Shown piece after piece: positions 1-10,762 of a stretch of 64,000 bases of DNA. The position numbers and the translations under genes were made by a program. Numbering within the stretch: the first letter of the stretch is position 1; the number at the start of each line of letters is the position of its first letter. The notes below the pieces were generated by a model that was not told the DNA's origin, searched no databases, and worked only from the letters and a program-made list of their open reading frames with translations. Source of the stretch: Alphaproteobacteria bacterium (lineage in GTDB: Bacteria; Pseudomonadota; Alphaproteobacteria; Bin95); assembly GCA_965205265.1 (NCBI GenBank), contig CBDBGH010000003.1:3680001-3744000 (forward strand), read 5' to 3'.

Positions 1-431
1 CCGGTCGCGTCCGAGCCGGCGTTCTCCTCGGTGATGCAGAGCGCGGCGAGGCCGCCATCGGCGATGCGCGGCAGGATACGGCGCTTGAGGTCCTCGCTGC
101 CGAAGTCGATCACCGGCTTGACGGCGTGGAAGGTGGTGGACCACACGATGCCGGTCGCCGCGCAGGCCCGCGCCATGTCGTGCGCGGCGCGGATATAGCA
201 GGCGAAGGAGAGGCCGGCGCCGCCATAGGCCTCGGGCACGAACATGCGGTTGAGTTCGAGCGCGCGCATGGCGGCGAGATTGTCCCAGGGGAAGCGGGCC
301 TCCGCGTCCAGCGCTGCCGCCGCCGGGGCGACCGTGCGCCCGGCAAGCCGCTTCACGGCTTCCAGCACGGCCGCTTCCTCTTCCGGCAGCGCTTGTTCGA
401 GGCGGGCGTCGAGGCGGTCGAGAACGGTCAC
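1..431 (-). CDS. Acyl-CoA dehydrogenase (5' part; runs off the window)
   Basis: GTG at 431 overlaps the SDR stop (GTGA). Manual translation gives FPWDN..., VPEAYGGAG and ALCITEENAGSDA, typical ACAD motifs. Confidence 0.85.
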   Translation of the reverse strand, partial: MTVLDRLDARLEQALPEEEAAVLEAVKRLAGRTVAPAAAALDAEARFPWDNLAAMRALELNRMFVPEAYGGAGLSFACYIRAAHDMARACAATGIVWSTTFHAVKPVIDFGSEDLKRRILPRIADGGLAALCITEENAGSDAT

Positions 432-1141
432 TGGTTGATACTCTGCGCCCCGTCCATCACGATGGTTTCGCCGGTGAGGTAATGGATCTTCTCGGCGAAG
501 AGCAGCGCCACGAAGCGCGCCACCTCATCCACCCGGCCGGGCCGGCCGATCGGGATGCGCCGCTCCAGCCAGGCGCGGAAGCGCGGATTGGTCAGGATTT
601 CGGCGTTCATGTCCGTCTCCACATAACCGGGGGCGACGGCATAGACCGAAATATTGTCCTTGGCCCATTCCACGGCGAGGCAACGCGTGAGGCCGGAAAC
701 GGCGGCCTTCGACGCGCAATAGGCGGTGTTGCCGCGCACGCCGAGCCGTTCCCAGTAGGAGCCGATATTGACGAGGATGCCGCCGCCATTGGCCTTGAGA
801 TGCGGATAGGCGGCTTGGGCGGCGGCGAAGACGGCGGTGGTGTTGACCGCCATGGTGCGGGCGAAGTCCTCTACGGGGAAGTCCGCGCTCGGCCCCTGCA
901 GGTGGACGCCGGCATTGTTCACAAGCCCCTCCAGCCCGCCCAGGTCCTGCGCCGCCGCGTCGAGCGCGCGGGCGAGGCCGGCCGTGTCGGTCACGTCCAC
1001 GGGGTAAGCCGGCAGGTCCAGCCCCTGCGGCCCGCGGCCGGAGCGTGTCAGGCAGGCCACCGCGAAGCCCCGCGCCGCCAGCGCCGCCGCAATCCCCGCG
1101 CCGATGCCCCGATTGGCCCCCGTAACCGCAATAGCGCCCAT
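428..1141 (-). CDS. Short-chain dehydrogenase/reductase (SDR)
   Basis: TGANRGIG, NNAG and YCASK motifs. Confidence 0.95.
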   Translation of the reverse strand: MGAIAVTGANRGIGAGIAAALAARGFAVACLTRSGRGPQGLDLPAYPVDVTDTAGLARALDAAAQDLGGLEGLVNNAGVHLQGPSADFPVEDFARTMAVNTTAVFAAAQAAYPHLKANGGGILVNIGSYWERLGVRGNTAYCASKAAVSGLTRCLAVEWAKDNISVYAVAPGYVETDMNAEILTNPRFRAWLERRIPIGRPGRVDEVARFVALLFAEKIHYLTGETIVMDGAQSINQ

Positions 1142-1346
1142 CGGTCCTCCGTCTTTGCCGGTCGCTTGCCCAGGCGCGAGAATGGCACGGATGACGGCAG
1201 TCCGTCAGCCTGGGCGTATTGCTGCCCGTCGCGGCAGCTTGAGCGTACCGCTTCCGCTTGCCGGGCGCCCGCGGTGATGTTTGCGTCACTTGTTGCATTT
1301 ATGGTGTCTGGTAATTACCTTTCCGCCAGAATGATGGAGAGGCGCG

Positions 1347-1793
1347 ATGGGCGGAAGGACGGCGACAGGAATTCCCAGCGAGCGCGACACGGTTCTGGCG
1401 GGTGAGGCAGGCCGCAAACTCACGACATGGAGCGACGGTGCGGACCCGGTGTCTGCGCGTTTCGGCGGCGCTACTGCGGAACCCGTGGACATTCCCTTGT
1501 CGGCTCTTCGCCTGCTCAAGGAGATTCTGGACCAGATGGCACACGGAAACGGTGTAACCTTGACACCGCTGCACGCCGAACTGACGACGCGACAGGCGGC
1601 CGACCTCCTGCAGGTATCGCGAACGCACCTGGTGCAGTTGCTCGACGAAGGCCGCATACCCTGCCGCAAGGTAGGCGCACACCGGCGGGTCCGCGCCCGG
1701 GACGTTCTTGTCTATCGCCGCGAGACGGAATTCTCACGCCGCGAGGCGCTGGACGAACTCACGGCCCTCGATCGAAGCCTGGGCCTCCAATAG
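1347..1793 (+). CDS. Excisionase-like HTH DNA-binding protein (antitoxin partner of a PIN toxin)
   Basis: ELTTRQAADLLQVSRTHLVQLLDEGRIP..VGAHRRV HTH_17 signature; followed by a PIN fragment. Confidence 0.85.
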   Translation: MGGRTATGIPSERDTVLAGEAGRKLTTWSDGADPVSARFGGATAEPVDIPLSALRLLKEILDQMAHGNGVTLTPLHAELTTRQAADLLQVSRTHLVQLLDEGRIPCRKVGAHRRVRARDVLVYRRETEFSRREALDELTALDRSLGLQ

Positions 1794-1796
1794 GCA

Positions 1797-1955
1797 ATGC
1801 CGTCTCCAACGGCGTTGCTCGACGCCAATGTTCTTTATCCGGCCGGCCTTCGGGACCTGCTGTTGCGTCTGACAGGGGAGAGCGTCGGGGCACGATTGTT
1901 CGCCGCCGATAGGCCGCATTTCTCTCCCAACCATGCCGCCGCCCGATGCCGTTGA
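1797..1955 (+). pseudogene. Truncated PIN-domain toxin
   Basis: MPSPTALLDANVLYPAGLRDLLLRL is a PIN N-terminus; similarity is lost after about 25 codons and the frame stops at 1955. Confidence 0.8.
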
Positions 1956-2013
1956 TCCTCCCTGGCAGGCCCCCTACGCTGTCTCCGGGACGGGCATTCG
2001 GGGGTGGCGGCCG

Positions 2014-3162
2014 ATGGGCGGCGAGTTGGATTTCGAGGCGTATCTGGCCGAGGTGGAGGCGTTTACGCGCGAGGAGCTGATTCCGAGCGAGGAACGGGTG
2101 GAGGAGCTGGGCCATGTGCCCGAGGACCTGGTGCGGCGGATTTCGGAAATGCGCCTCTTCGCCATCTCCATCCCGGAGGAATATGGGGGGCTGGGCCTCA
2201 GCCAGGAGCAGCAGGTGCGGCTCACCTTCGCCTTCACCCGGGCCTCGGCGGTGTTCCGCGCCCGCTTCTCGACCACGATCGGGCTTTGCAGCCAGGCGAT
2301 CCTCGACTTCGCGACGGAAGCGCAGAAGCTGAAATACCTGCCCGCCATGGCCGAGGGCCGCTGCACCGGCGCCTTCTCGCTGACCGAGCCGGACTACGGA
2401 TCGGACGCGGCGAACCTCGCAACGACGGCGGTGCGCGACGGCGCGGACTATGTGCTGAACGGCACCAAGCGCTACATCACCAATGCGGCGGACGCCGACA
2501 TGTTCCTTGTCATGGCGCGCACGGGCGGCCCCGGTGCGGGCGGCGTCTCGGCGTTTGCGGTCGATGCCGGCACGCCGGGCATCCGCGCGGGCGCGCCCTT
2601 CGAGATGATGGGGCACCGCGGCTCGCGCGTCTCGGAGGTCTATCTCGAGGACTGCCGCGTGCCCGGGGACGCGCTGGTCGGCGGCCGGGAGGGGCTCGGG
2701 CTCAAGGCGGCGCTCAGGGGCATCAACCATGCGCGCACCCATGTCGCCGCCACCTGCGTCGGCCAGGCGAAGCGGCTGGTCGGCGAGGCGGTGCGCCATG
2801 CCCGCGAGCGCCGCCAGTTCGGCAAGGCCATCGGCGAACACCAGCTCGTCCAGGCCATGCTCGCCGACATGCGCGCCGACGCCTATGCGGCCGAAGCGAT
2901 GGTGCTGGATTGCGCCCGGCGGTTCGAACAGCGCCCGCTGCCCTTCGCGGACATCGCCTGCGCCAAGTATTTCGCCTCCGAGATGGTGAGCCGCGTGGCC
3001 GACAAGGCGGTCCAGATACTCGGCGGCCAGGGCTATATGGCCGAAAACGCCGTCGCCCGCCTCTACCGCGACACGCGCCTGTTCCGCATCTTCGAAGGCA
3101 CATCGCAGATCCAGCAGCAGCAGATCGCCCGCGCCATGCTGCGCGAGGTGCCGGATACTTAA
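2014..3162 (+). CDS. Acyl-CoA dehydrogenase
   Basis: FSLTEPDYGSDA, NGTKRYITN, ERRQFGK and RIFEGTSQIQ motifs. ATG 2014 preferred over 1933. Confidence 0.95.
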   Translation: MGGELDFEAYLAEVEAFTREELIPSEERVEELGHVPEDLVRRISEMRLFAISIPEEYGGLGLSQEQQVRLTFAFTRASAVFRARFSTTIGLCSQAILDFATEAQKLKYLPAMAEGRCTGAFSLTEPDYGSDAANLATTAVRDGADYVLNGTKRYITNAADADMFLVMARTGGPGAGGVSAFAVDAGTPGIRAGAPFEMMGHRGSRVSEVYLEDCRVPGDALVGGREGLGLKAALRGINHARTHVAATCVGQAKRLVGEAVRHARERRQFGKAIGEHQLVQAMLADMRADAYAAEAMVLDCARRFEQRPLPFADIACAKYFASEMVSRVADKAVQILGGQGYMAENAVARLYRDTRLFRIFEGTSQIQQQQIARAMLREVPDT

Positions 3163-3233
3163 AATCCCGGTCCGGGCGCACCATATCGGGAAGCAGGAGC
3201 GGCAGCCGCTACCCGTTACCGGAGGGACAGGCG

Positions 3234-4073
3234 ATGGGTCTCAAGAACATTCTTGTGCATGTGGACGCCAGCGAGCGCGCCGGGGAGCGCGTTCGCGTTG
3301 CGGCGGAGCTCGCCCGGGCCGACGACGGCCATCTGACCGGGGTTTTCGTTTCGCCGGACCCGCTGATCCCGACCTGGATGGTGGCGGGGATGCCGGCGAG
3401 CACGCTCGAAGCCGCCGTGGAACGGGTCCGCGGCGAGGGCGAAACGGCGCGCGGGCGCTTCCAGGAGATCGCGGAGCGGGCCGGCGTCCATGCCGAATGG
3501 CGCCTGGCGTCGGGGTCGGTCAGCCAGGTGACGGCCATGCATGCGCGCTATGCGGACCTCGCCGTGGTCGGCAAGGGCAGCGCCTCGGAGCCGGAACTCT
3601 ACCCCTATCCGGACCTCGCTGCGGACCTCACCATGAGCTGCGGCCGTCCGGTGCTGGTGGTGCCCAACTCCGGGCGGTTCGACCGGCTGGGCGAGAACGT
3701 GCTTGTGTGCTGGAACGCCAGCCGCGAGGCGACGCGGGCGGTGAACGACGCCATGCCGCTGCTGCGCCGGGCGGAGAAGGTGGTGGTCCTCTCGGTCAAT
3801 GCGCGCCGGCCCTCCGGCGGCGACCACGGCGAAATCCCGAGCGCCGATATCGCGCTGCATCTGGCGCGCCACGGCGTGAACGCCGAAGCCGCCAACACCG
3901 TCGCCGACGGTATTTCCGTCTCGGACATCGTGCTCTCGCATGTCAGCGACCGCGGCATCGACCTGATCGTCACGGGCGCCTGGGGGCATTCCCGGATGCG
4001 CGAATGGGCGTTCGGCGGCGTCACCGCCTCGCTGCTGCGCGACACCACGGTCCCCGCCCTGATGTCGCATTGA
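3234..4073 (+). CDS. Universal stress protein (tandem UspA domains)
   Basis: KNILVHVD, GRPVLVVP, WNASREATRA and GAWGHSRMREWAFGGVT; GGAGG RBS before ATG 3234. Confidence 0.93.
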   Translation: MGLKNILVHVDASERAGERVRVAAELARADDGHLTGVFVSPDPLIPTWMVAGMPASTLEAAVERVRGEGETARGRFQEIAERAGVHAEWRLASGSVSQVTAMHARYADLAVVGKGSASEPELYPYPDLAADLTMSCGRPVLVVPNSGRFDRLGENVLVCWNASREATRAVNDAMPLLRRAEKVVVLSVNARRPSGGDHGEIPSADIALHLARHGVNAEAANTVADGISVSDIVLSHVSDRGIDLIVTGAWGHSRMREWAFGGVTASLLRDTTVPALMSH

Positions 4074-4137
4074 AACCCGCGTCCTCCGGGCGTATGAACG
4101 GGAGACGCAAGGACTGCGTCCGGCGGGAGAGACGGCG

Positions 4138-5403
<1,266 letters not shown>

Positions 5404-5449
5404 GCGTCACTCCGTCGTTCCCCCCTTTTCCGGCTAGGCCCCCTCTTCT

Positions 5450-5537
5450 CGTCATACCCGGACTTGTTTCGGGTATCCATACGGCCGCCCGGCGGAGCCG
5501 CTTGAGAGAGATACCCGGAACAAGTCCGGGTATGACG
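5450..5537. repeat. REP/MITE-like palindromic element, copy 1
   Basis: Arms CGTCATACCCGGACTTGTTTCGGGTATC and GATACCCGGAACAAGTCCGGGTATGACG; lies between convergent genes; near-identical inverted copy at 30042. Confidence 0.9.
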
Positions 5538-5568
5538 GAGGGCGCGTCCGGGCAGGGCGGGGGAGTCC

Positions 5569-5588
5569 GTCCTGAGCCTGTCGAAGGA
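5569..5588. repeat. Companion short repeat GTCCTGAGCCTGTCGAAGGA
   Basis: Variant GTCTTGAGCTTGTCGAAGGG at 30139-30158; both follow the palindrome. Confidence 0.6.
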
Positions 5589-5615
5589 AGCGCGTATCGA
5601 AGGGCCGGGCGGAAC

Positions 5616-7100
5616 CTAGCCGCAGGCGTATTCCGCGGCGAAGCGGCCGGCGCGGCGGCCGAACACGCTGCCGGACATGAGGCCGGAGCCGCCCGGATAG
5701 TTCTCGAAGAACAGGCCGCCCACCAGTTCGCCGGCGGCATAGAGCCCGTCTATGGGCCGTCCCGAAAGGTCCTGGACGCGGTTCTCATTGTCGATCTGGA
5801 GGCCGCCGAAGGTGAAGGTGACGCCCGTGGTGGTGACGAAGGCGACATAGGGCGGGCGGTCGATGGGCAGCGCCCAGTTGGTCTTGTCCGGGCTCAGCCC
5901 CCCGGTCGAGACCCCGTCCAGCACGGCGGGGTTGTAGGCATTGGAGGACCGGCAGGCGGCGTTGAACTCGCGGACCGTCTTCGCAAGCCCCGCCGGATCG
6001 ATCTCCAGCCCCGCCGCCAGCTCCTCGATCGAGTCCGCCTCCACCCTGGTGACCTCGCGGATGCGGTATTCGTCGCGCAGCATGTGGACGGTCTTCGCGT
6101 CGAAGATCTGCGCGCACCAGCGGTGCGGCTGCTCCATAATGGCGCGGCCGAAGCGCACATAGGTGAGGTTGCGGTAGTCCTCGCCCTCGTCGACGAAGCG
6201 CTCGCCGTCGAGATTCACCATGATGCCGAGCGGGTAGCTGTGCTTCTGGAAATTGTCGCCGACGGCGCGGTCGCCGTAGGGCGGGGCGGAGATGTCCCAG
6301 CCGACGGAGTGGCAGCCGGACCAGTTGCCGTGCGGGCGCGCGCCCGCCTCCAGCGCCATGCGGATGCCGTCGCCGGTATTGTGGCGGGTGCCGCGCACGC
6401 GGGCCAGGTCCCAGCCGTGGCCGAGATAGCGCGCGCGCATCTCCGGATTGGCCTCGAAGCCACCGCAGGCGAGCACCACGGCGCCCGTCTCCAGCACCTC
6501 GTAGCCCTCGGGCGTGCGCAGCCGGAGGCCGGTAATGCGCCCGGTTTCGTCCTGGATGAGGCCCGTGGCGCCCGTGTCGTAGCGGATCTCGATGCCGAGC
6601 GCCCCGGCCCGGCGCAGCAGGAAATCCACCAGCCCCGCCCCGCCGCCGACGGCCTCGATATTCACGCCTCCGTAGAACACCTGTTTGCCGTCCACCTCAT
6701 AGGACTGGCGGCCGAACATCGGCACGAAGCGAACGCCGTTTTCCCTGAGCCACGCCATGGCCGGGCGCGAGTCGTCGATCAGCGTCCAGGCAAGGTCCTC
6801 CTCCGCCTGGTGGCGCGTCACCTTCATCAGCGTGTCGTAGAAGAACTGCCGGTCGTGGGTGGGGAGCTCGATGCGCGCCTTCTCCGCCTCCGAGAGGTCG
6901 GTCAGCACATCGGTGCAGACATCCTCCAGCCCGTCATGGACGAAGCGGAAGCCGCCGGCGGTGAAGAACGAATTGCCGCCCCGCTCCTCCTCCGGCGCCT
7001 TTTCCAGCACCACGACACGGGCGCCCCGTTCCCGCGCCGAAATCGCCGCGCACAAGGCTGCGTTGCCGCAGCCGACGACCGCGACATCCCATGCCGTCAT
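5616..7100 (-). CDS. tcuA: FAD-dependent tricarballylate dehydrogenase TcuA-like flavoprotein (TcuA/CobZ-N family)
   Basis: VVGCGNAALCAA, RGGNSFFTAG, LACGGFEAN, TFTFGGL and YPGGSGL motifs. Confidence 0.8.
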   Translation of the reverse strand: MTAWDVAVVGCGNAALCAAISARERGARVVVLEKAPEEERGGNSFFTAGGFRFVHDGLEDVCTDVLTDLSEAEKARIELPTHDRQFFYDTLMKVTRHQAEEDLAWTLIDDSRPAMAWLRENGVRFVPMFGRQSYEVDGKQVFYGGVNIEAVGGGAGLVDFLLRRAGALGIEIRYDTGATGLIQDETGRITGLRLRTPEGYEVLETGAVVLACGGFEANPEMRARYLGHGWDLARVRGTRHNTGDGIRMALEAGARPHGNWSGCHSVGWDISAPPYGDRAVGDNFQKHSYPLGIMVNLDGERFVDEGEDYRNLTYVRFGRAIMEQPHRWCAQIFDAKTVHMLRDEYRIREVTRVEADSIEELAAGLEIDPAGLAKTVREFNAACRSSNAYNPAVLDGVSTGGLSPDKTNWALPIDRPPYVAFVTTTGVTFTFGGLQIDNENRVQDLSGRPIDGLYAAGELVGGLFFENYPGGSGLMSGSVFGRRAGRFAAEYACG

Positions 7101-7129
7101 GGCCTCGGTCCCCCGGTTCGGGTTTTCGT

Positions 7130-7546
7130 TCAGTCTTCCAGCAGGCCCGTCGCGGAGCCGAGAACGACGGTCTTGCCTTCCTGGTTCTTCGTCTCGATGC
7201 CGATCTCCGCCACGGCCCGGCCATCTTCGTCGCGGATCTCCTGCACCGTGGCGGTCGCGGTCAAGGTGTCGCCCGGCCAGACCTGGTTGGTGAAGCGCAC
7301 GCCGTATTTACGCACGTTCTCCGCCCCGAACAGGTCGGTGACGAGCGTGCCGGTCATGCCCATGGTCAGCATGCCGTGGGCGAACACGCCCGGATAACCG
7401 GCGGCCTCCTTGCAGTAGAGGTCGTCGGTATGCAGCGGATTGTAGTCGCCGCTCGCGCCCGAATACATCACGAGCTGGGTGCGCTTCAGGTCCTCGACCA
7501 CGACCTTCTCGAAGGTCTGGCCGACCGAGATTTCGCTGGCTTTCAT
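7130..7546 (-). CDS. MaoC-family dehydratase
   Basis: YSGASGDYNPLH and AHGMLTMG hydratase motifs; start ATG 7546. Confidence 0.92.
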   Translation of the reverse strand: MKASEISVGQTFEKVVVEDLKRTQLVMYSGASGDYNPLHTDDLYCKEAAGYPGVFAHGMLTMGMTGTLVTDLFGAENVRKYGVRFTNQVWPGDTLTATATVQEIRDEDGRAVAEIGIETKNQEGKTVVLGSATGLLED

Positions 7547-7560
7547 CTTCCGGGTTCCCC

Positions 7561-8052
7561 TTATCCCTGATCGACCGGCCGTTCGGTCCTCACGCCGACG
7601 CCGCGCGCCCGGCAGACATGGTTGCCGTCCTGGTCGTAGTAATCGACGAGGCGCTCGGTGAAGGTGAGCTTGCCGGCGCGGCGGCTTTCCTTCTCCCAGG
7701 TCTCGCCCTGGCTGTAGCGCGCGGTCAGCACGTCGCCCGGCCGGATCGGGCGGGTGTATTCGAAATGCTGCTCGGCATGGAGCCCGCCCGAAGTCGCCGG
7801 CTTGCCCTCGATGCCGGACGGGCTGCCGCCCGAGCCGAACCAGGCTTCGCCGTCCTTGATGCGCAGCGGGTAGTCGGGGTCGAACTGGGCCACCGCCTGG
7901 GGGAAGGTCGGTGGCGCCACCCGGGCACCCATCGGGTTCCCCTCGCCCTGGCCCGGATCGTGATAGGCGGGGTTGTAGTCTCCGATCGAGCGGGCGAACA
8001 TCATCACATGCGCGCCCTCGACCGGGAAGGTGACGGTCTTTTCGTCCGACAC
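7561..8052 (-). CDS. MaoC N-terminal (FAS1-like) dehydratase subunit
   Basis: FARSIGDYNPAYHD, APPTF and LHAEQHFEYTRPIRPGD; paired with MaoC. Confidence 0.88.
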   Translation of the reverse strand: MSDEKTVTFPVEGAHVMMFARSIGDYNPAYHDPGQGEGNPMGARVAPPTFPQAVAQFDPDYPLRIKDGEAWFGSGGSPSGIEGKPATSGGLHAEQHFEYTRPIRPGDVLTARYSQGETWEKESRRAGKLTFTERLVDYYDQDGNHVCRARGVGVRTERPVDQG

Positions 8053-8101
8053 GGGGTCTGCTCCCTTGCTTCGCTGCCGAGCGGGCGACTATAGCGGGGC
8101 C

Positions 8102-8560
8102 ATGGACGCGGACAAGAGCACGCTTCACCTCATCAAGCTGTCGGTCGGCACCGACAGCGTCGAGGGGCTGGCGGACTGGCAGGAGAGCCGCCGCGCCCAC
8201 TGGAAGGCGGTGGAAGGCCGCGCCATCGCAAGGCACATCACCCGCATGACGCCTCGGCGCGGCGACGCGATACTTGCCGGCGGCGGGTCGATCTACTGGG
8301 TCATCAGGGGTTTCGTGCAGGCGCGGCAGCGCATCCTCGCCTTCGAGCCGGCGCCGGGCGCGGGCGGCAGGCCGAGCTGCGCCATCCTGCTGGACGATGC
8401 GCTGGTCCGCGTCGTGCCGCGCGCCCACCGCCCCTTCCAGGGCTGGCGCTATCTGCGCGGCGAGGACGCGCCCGCCGACCTTCCCGCAGACTTCGCCGCC
8501 GAAGGCGACACACTCCCCCCGCGCCTCGCCGCCGAACTCGGCGAACTCGGGCTGCTGTAG
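8102..8560 (+). CDS. DUF1489 family protein
   Basis: LHLIKLSVG, HITRMTPRR, GGSIYWVIRG and RPFQGWRYL. Confidence 0.9.
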   Translation: MDADKSTLHLIKLSVGTDSVEGLADWQESRRAHWKAVEGRAIARHITRMTPRRGDAILAGGGSIYWVIRGFVQARQRILAFEPAPGAGGRPSCAILLDDALVRVVPRAHRPFQGWRYLRGEDAPADLPADFAAEGDTLPPRLAAELGELGLL

Positions 8561-8581
8561 GGGAAGCGAAAACGGCTCCGC

Positions 8582-10012
8582 TCACGCGGCGAGCGCGAGC
8601 AGGCGGTCGAGGTCGAGATGCGCTTCCAGATGGTCTGCGAGGCCGTCCAGCACGGCGTCGATTTCCGCTTCGTAAGCCCGTTGCCGCTCCGCGCCCATGC
8701 GCGCGAGGAAGCGCTCGCGGAACCCGTCATTGGCGAACAGGCCGTGGCAATAGGTGCCGAACACGAGGCCGTCTTCCGAGACCGCGCCCTCCGGCCGTCC
8801 GTCGAGATGCAGGAACGGCCGGGCAAGACCGGGCCCGGACGAGCGGCCCATGTGGATTTCGTAGCCGGTGAGTCCGTCGGCGGTGCGGACCGGCACGGTC
8901 CGTTTCCCGGTCTCCAGCACCGTCTCGATGTCGAGCAGCCCGAGGCCGGCGCTCGACCCCGGCGGGCCTTCGACGCCGTCCGGGTCCGACACGCGCCGGC
9001 CCAGCATCTGGAAACCGCCGCAGAGCCCCAGCACGCGCCCGCCCCGGCGCAGATGGGCCCGGATGTCGATATCCCAGCCCTGGTCCAGCAGGAAGGCGAG
9101 GTCGGCCCGCGTGTTCTTGCTGCCGGGCAGCACGGCGAGCCCGATATCGGCGGGCAGCGCTTCGCCGGGGCGCACGAAGCGGACGCCGACTTCGCCGGCC
9201 AGCGGGTCGAGGTCGTCGAAATTGGCGATGCGCGGATAGCGGAACGCGGCAATGCGCGGCGGCCCCTCGCACGAACGGTCGGCCTCCAGGGCCATGGAGT
9301 CCTCCGCCGGCAGTTTCCGGGCGTCCCCGAACCAGGGCACCACGCCGAGGCAGGGCAGCCCCGCGAGGCGCTCCAGCGCGGGAATCGCGGGGTCGAACAG
9401 GGCCGGGTCGCCCCGGAACCTGTTGACGATATAGCCGCGAAGGCGCGCCGCATCGGCGGGCGGCAGCACATGGCGCGTACCGGCGATCGCCGCGATGACG
9501 CCGCCCCGGTCGATGTCGGCCACCAGCACCACCGGCAGCCCGGCGGCCTCTGCAAAGCCCATATTGGCGATGTCGCCTGCGCGGAGATTGATCTCCGAGG
9601 CGCTGCCGGCCCCCTCGACCAGTACGAGGTCGGCATCGGCGGCCAGCCGGCGGAAGGCATCCAGAGCTCCCTCCAGCAGGCCGGCCTTCAGGCGCGCATA
9701 GTCCTTCGCGTCCGCCCGGCCGACGGCGCGTCCGGCCAGCACGACCTGCGCGCCCCGCTCCGATTCGGGCTTCAGCAGCACCGGGTTCATGTCCACATGC
9801 GGCGCCACCCCGGCGGCCCGCGCCTGAAGCGCCTGGGCGCGGCCGATCTCGCCGCCTTGCGGCGTGACCGCAGCATTGTTCGACATGTTCTGCGGCTTGA
9901 ACGGCCTGGTCCGGAGGCCGCGCCGCGCCCAGGCCCGGCAGAGCCCCGCCACGATGAGCGACTTGCCCGCATCCGAGCCCGTCGCCTGCACCATCAGCGC
10001 TTTGGCCGGCAT
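8582..10012 (-). CDS. cobQ: Cobyric acid synthase
   Basis: [34 protein letters not shown] and [10 protein letters not shown]. Confidence 0.97.
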   Translation of the reverse strand: MPAKALMVQATGSDAGKSLIVAGLCRAWARRGLRTRPFKPQNMSNNAAVTPQGGEIGRAQALQARAAGVAPHVDMNPVLLKPESERGAQVVLAGRAVGRADAKDYARLKAGLLEGALDAFRRLAADADLVLVEGAGSASEINLRAGDIANMGFAEAAGLPVVLVADIDRGGVIAAIAGTRHVLPPADAARLRGYIVNRFRGDPALFDPAIPALERLAGLPCLGVVPWFGDARKLPAEDSMALEADRSCEGPPRIAAFRYPRIANFDDLDPLAGEVGVRFVRPGEALPADIGLAVLPGSKNTRADLAFLLDQGWDIDIRAHLRRGGRVLGLCGGFQMLGRRVSDPDGVEGPPGSSAGLGLLDIETVLETGKRTVPVRTADGLTGYEIHMGRSSGPGLARPFLHLDGRPEGAVSEDGLVFGTYCHGLFANDGFRERFLARMGAERQRAYEAEIDAVLDGLADHLEAHLDLDRLLALAA

Positions 10013-10059
10013 GGTGTCGCGCCCGCTTCGAGAGTGACCGGAACCGGCGCTGCGGCCCG

Positions 10060-10758
10060 CTAGAACCGGCTCAACGCCTCGCGGAGCGCATCGGCGGCGG
10101 GGTTGGCGTGGGCGCGCTCGATGACGATGGCGTGAGGCGTTGCGCCCTCCTTGTAGAAGGCGCGGTTCCAGTCCTGGCGGCGCGCAATCACCGCGCCCTC
10201 CAGGGAGGCGCCGGCGAACAGGCCCTGGCTCGTGGAGAAGGTGAGAATGTCGGGCCCGATATTGCTGGTCGTCGAGCCCTCGATACCCGCGCCCTTGGGC
10301 CCGGCCGCGGCGGAGGCGTCGGCGCCGATCTTCATCTGGTCTTCGAGCACCGCCTCAAGGGCACCGTCCGTGCGCATCAGCAGCATCGCTTCGGCGGTCT
10401 GGCCGCCGATCTGGAAGCCGAAACTTATCGAGGCCATGGTGTAGAAGGCCGGGTAACTCCAAGATCCCTTCTCATCGCGGACCAGCAGCACGCCGCTGCC
10501 GCCCTCGCCGCCTACCAGGAATGCGCCCTTGATGAGGGTCGGGAAGATCAGCACGGCCTTCGCCCGGCCGAGAAAATGCTGGAGGCTCGGCCCGACATCC
10601 GGATCGCGGGCAAGCCGCTGGACCGCGATCCGGGCCTTGTCCACGAGCTCGGTCGCTTCTGTCTCTACCGACGAGGCCGCGGCGGGCGCGGACCAGAGCG
10701 CGGCGACCAGCAGGAGCGGGAGGATCGGGCGGGCTGACATGTGCTTCATCGGCGCCAT
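10060..10758 (-). CDS. SYLF/Ysc84 lipid-binding domain protein, signal peptide
   Basis: [29 protein letters not shown] and [10 protein letters not shown]. Confidence 0.9.
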   Translation of the reverse strand: MAPMKHMSARPILPLLLVAALWSAPAAASSVETEATELVDKARIAVQRLARDPDVGPSLQHFLGRAKAVLIFPTLIKGAFLVGGEGGSGVLLVRDEKGSWSYPAFYTMASISFGFQIGGQTAEAMLLMRTDGALEAVLEDQMKIGADASAAAGPKGAGIEGSTTSNIGPDILTFSTSQGLFAGASLEGAVIARRQDWNRAFYKEGATPHAIVIERAHANPAADALREALSRF

Positions 10759-10762
10759 GCTC

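Noticed and set aside
2004-4073. 689-aa ORF as a USP fusion
   Set aside because: The N-terminal part is an alternate frame of the ACAD gene; the real start is 3234, with an RBS.
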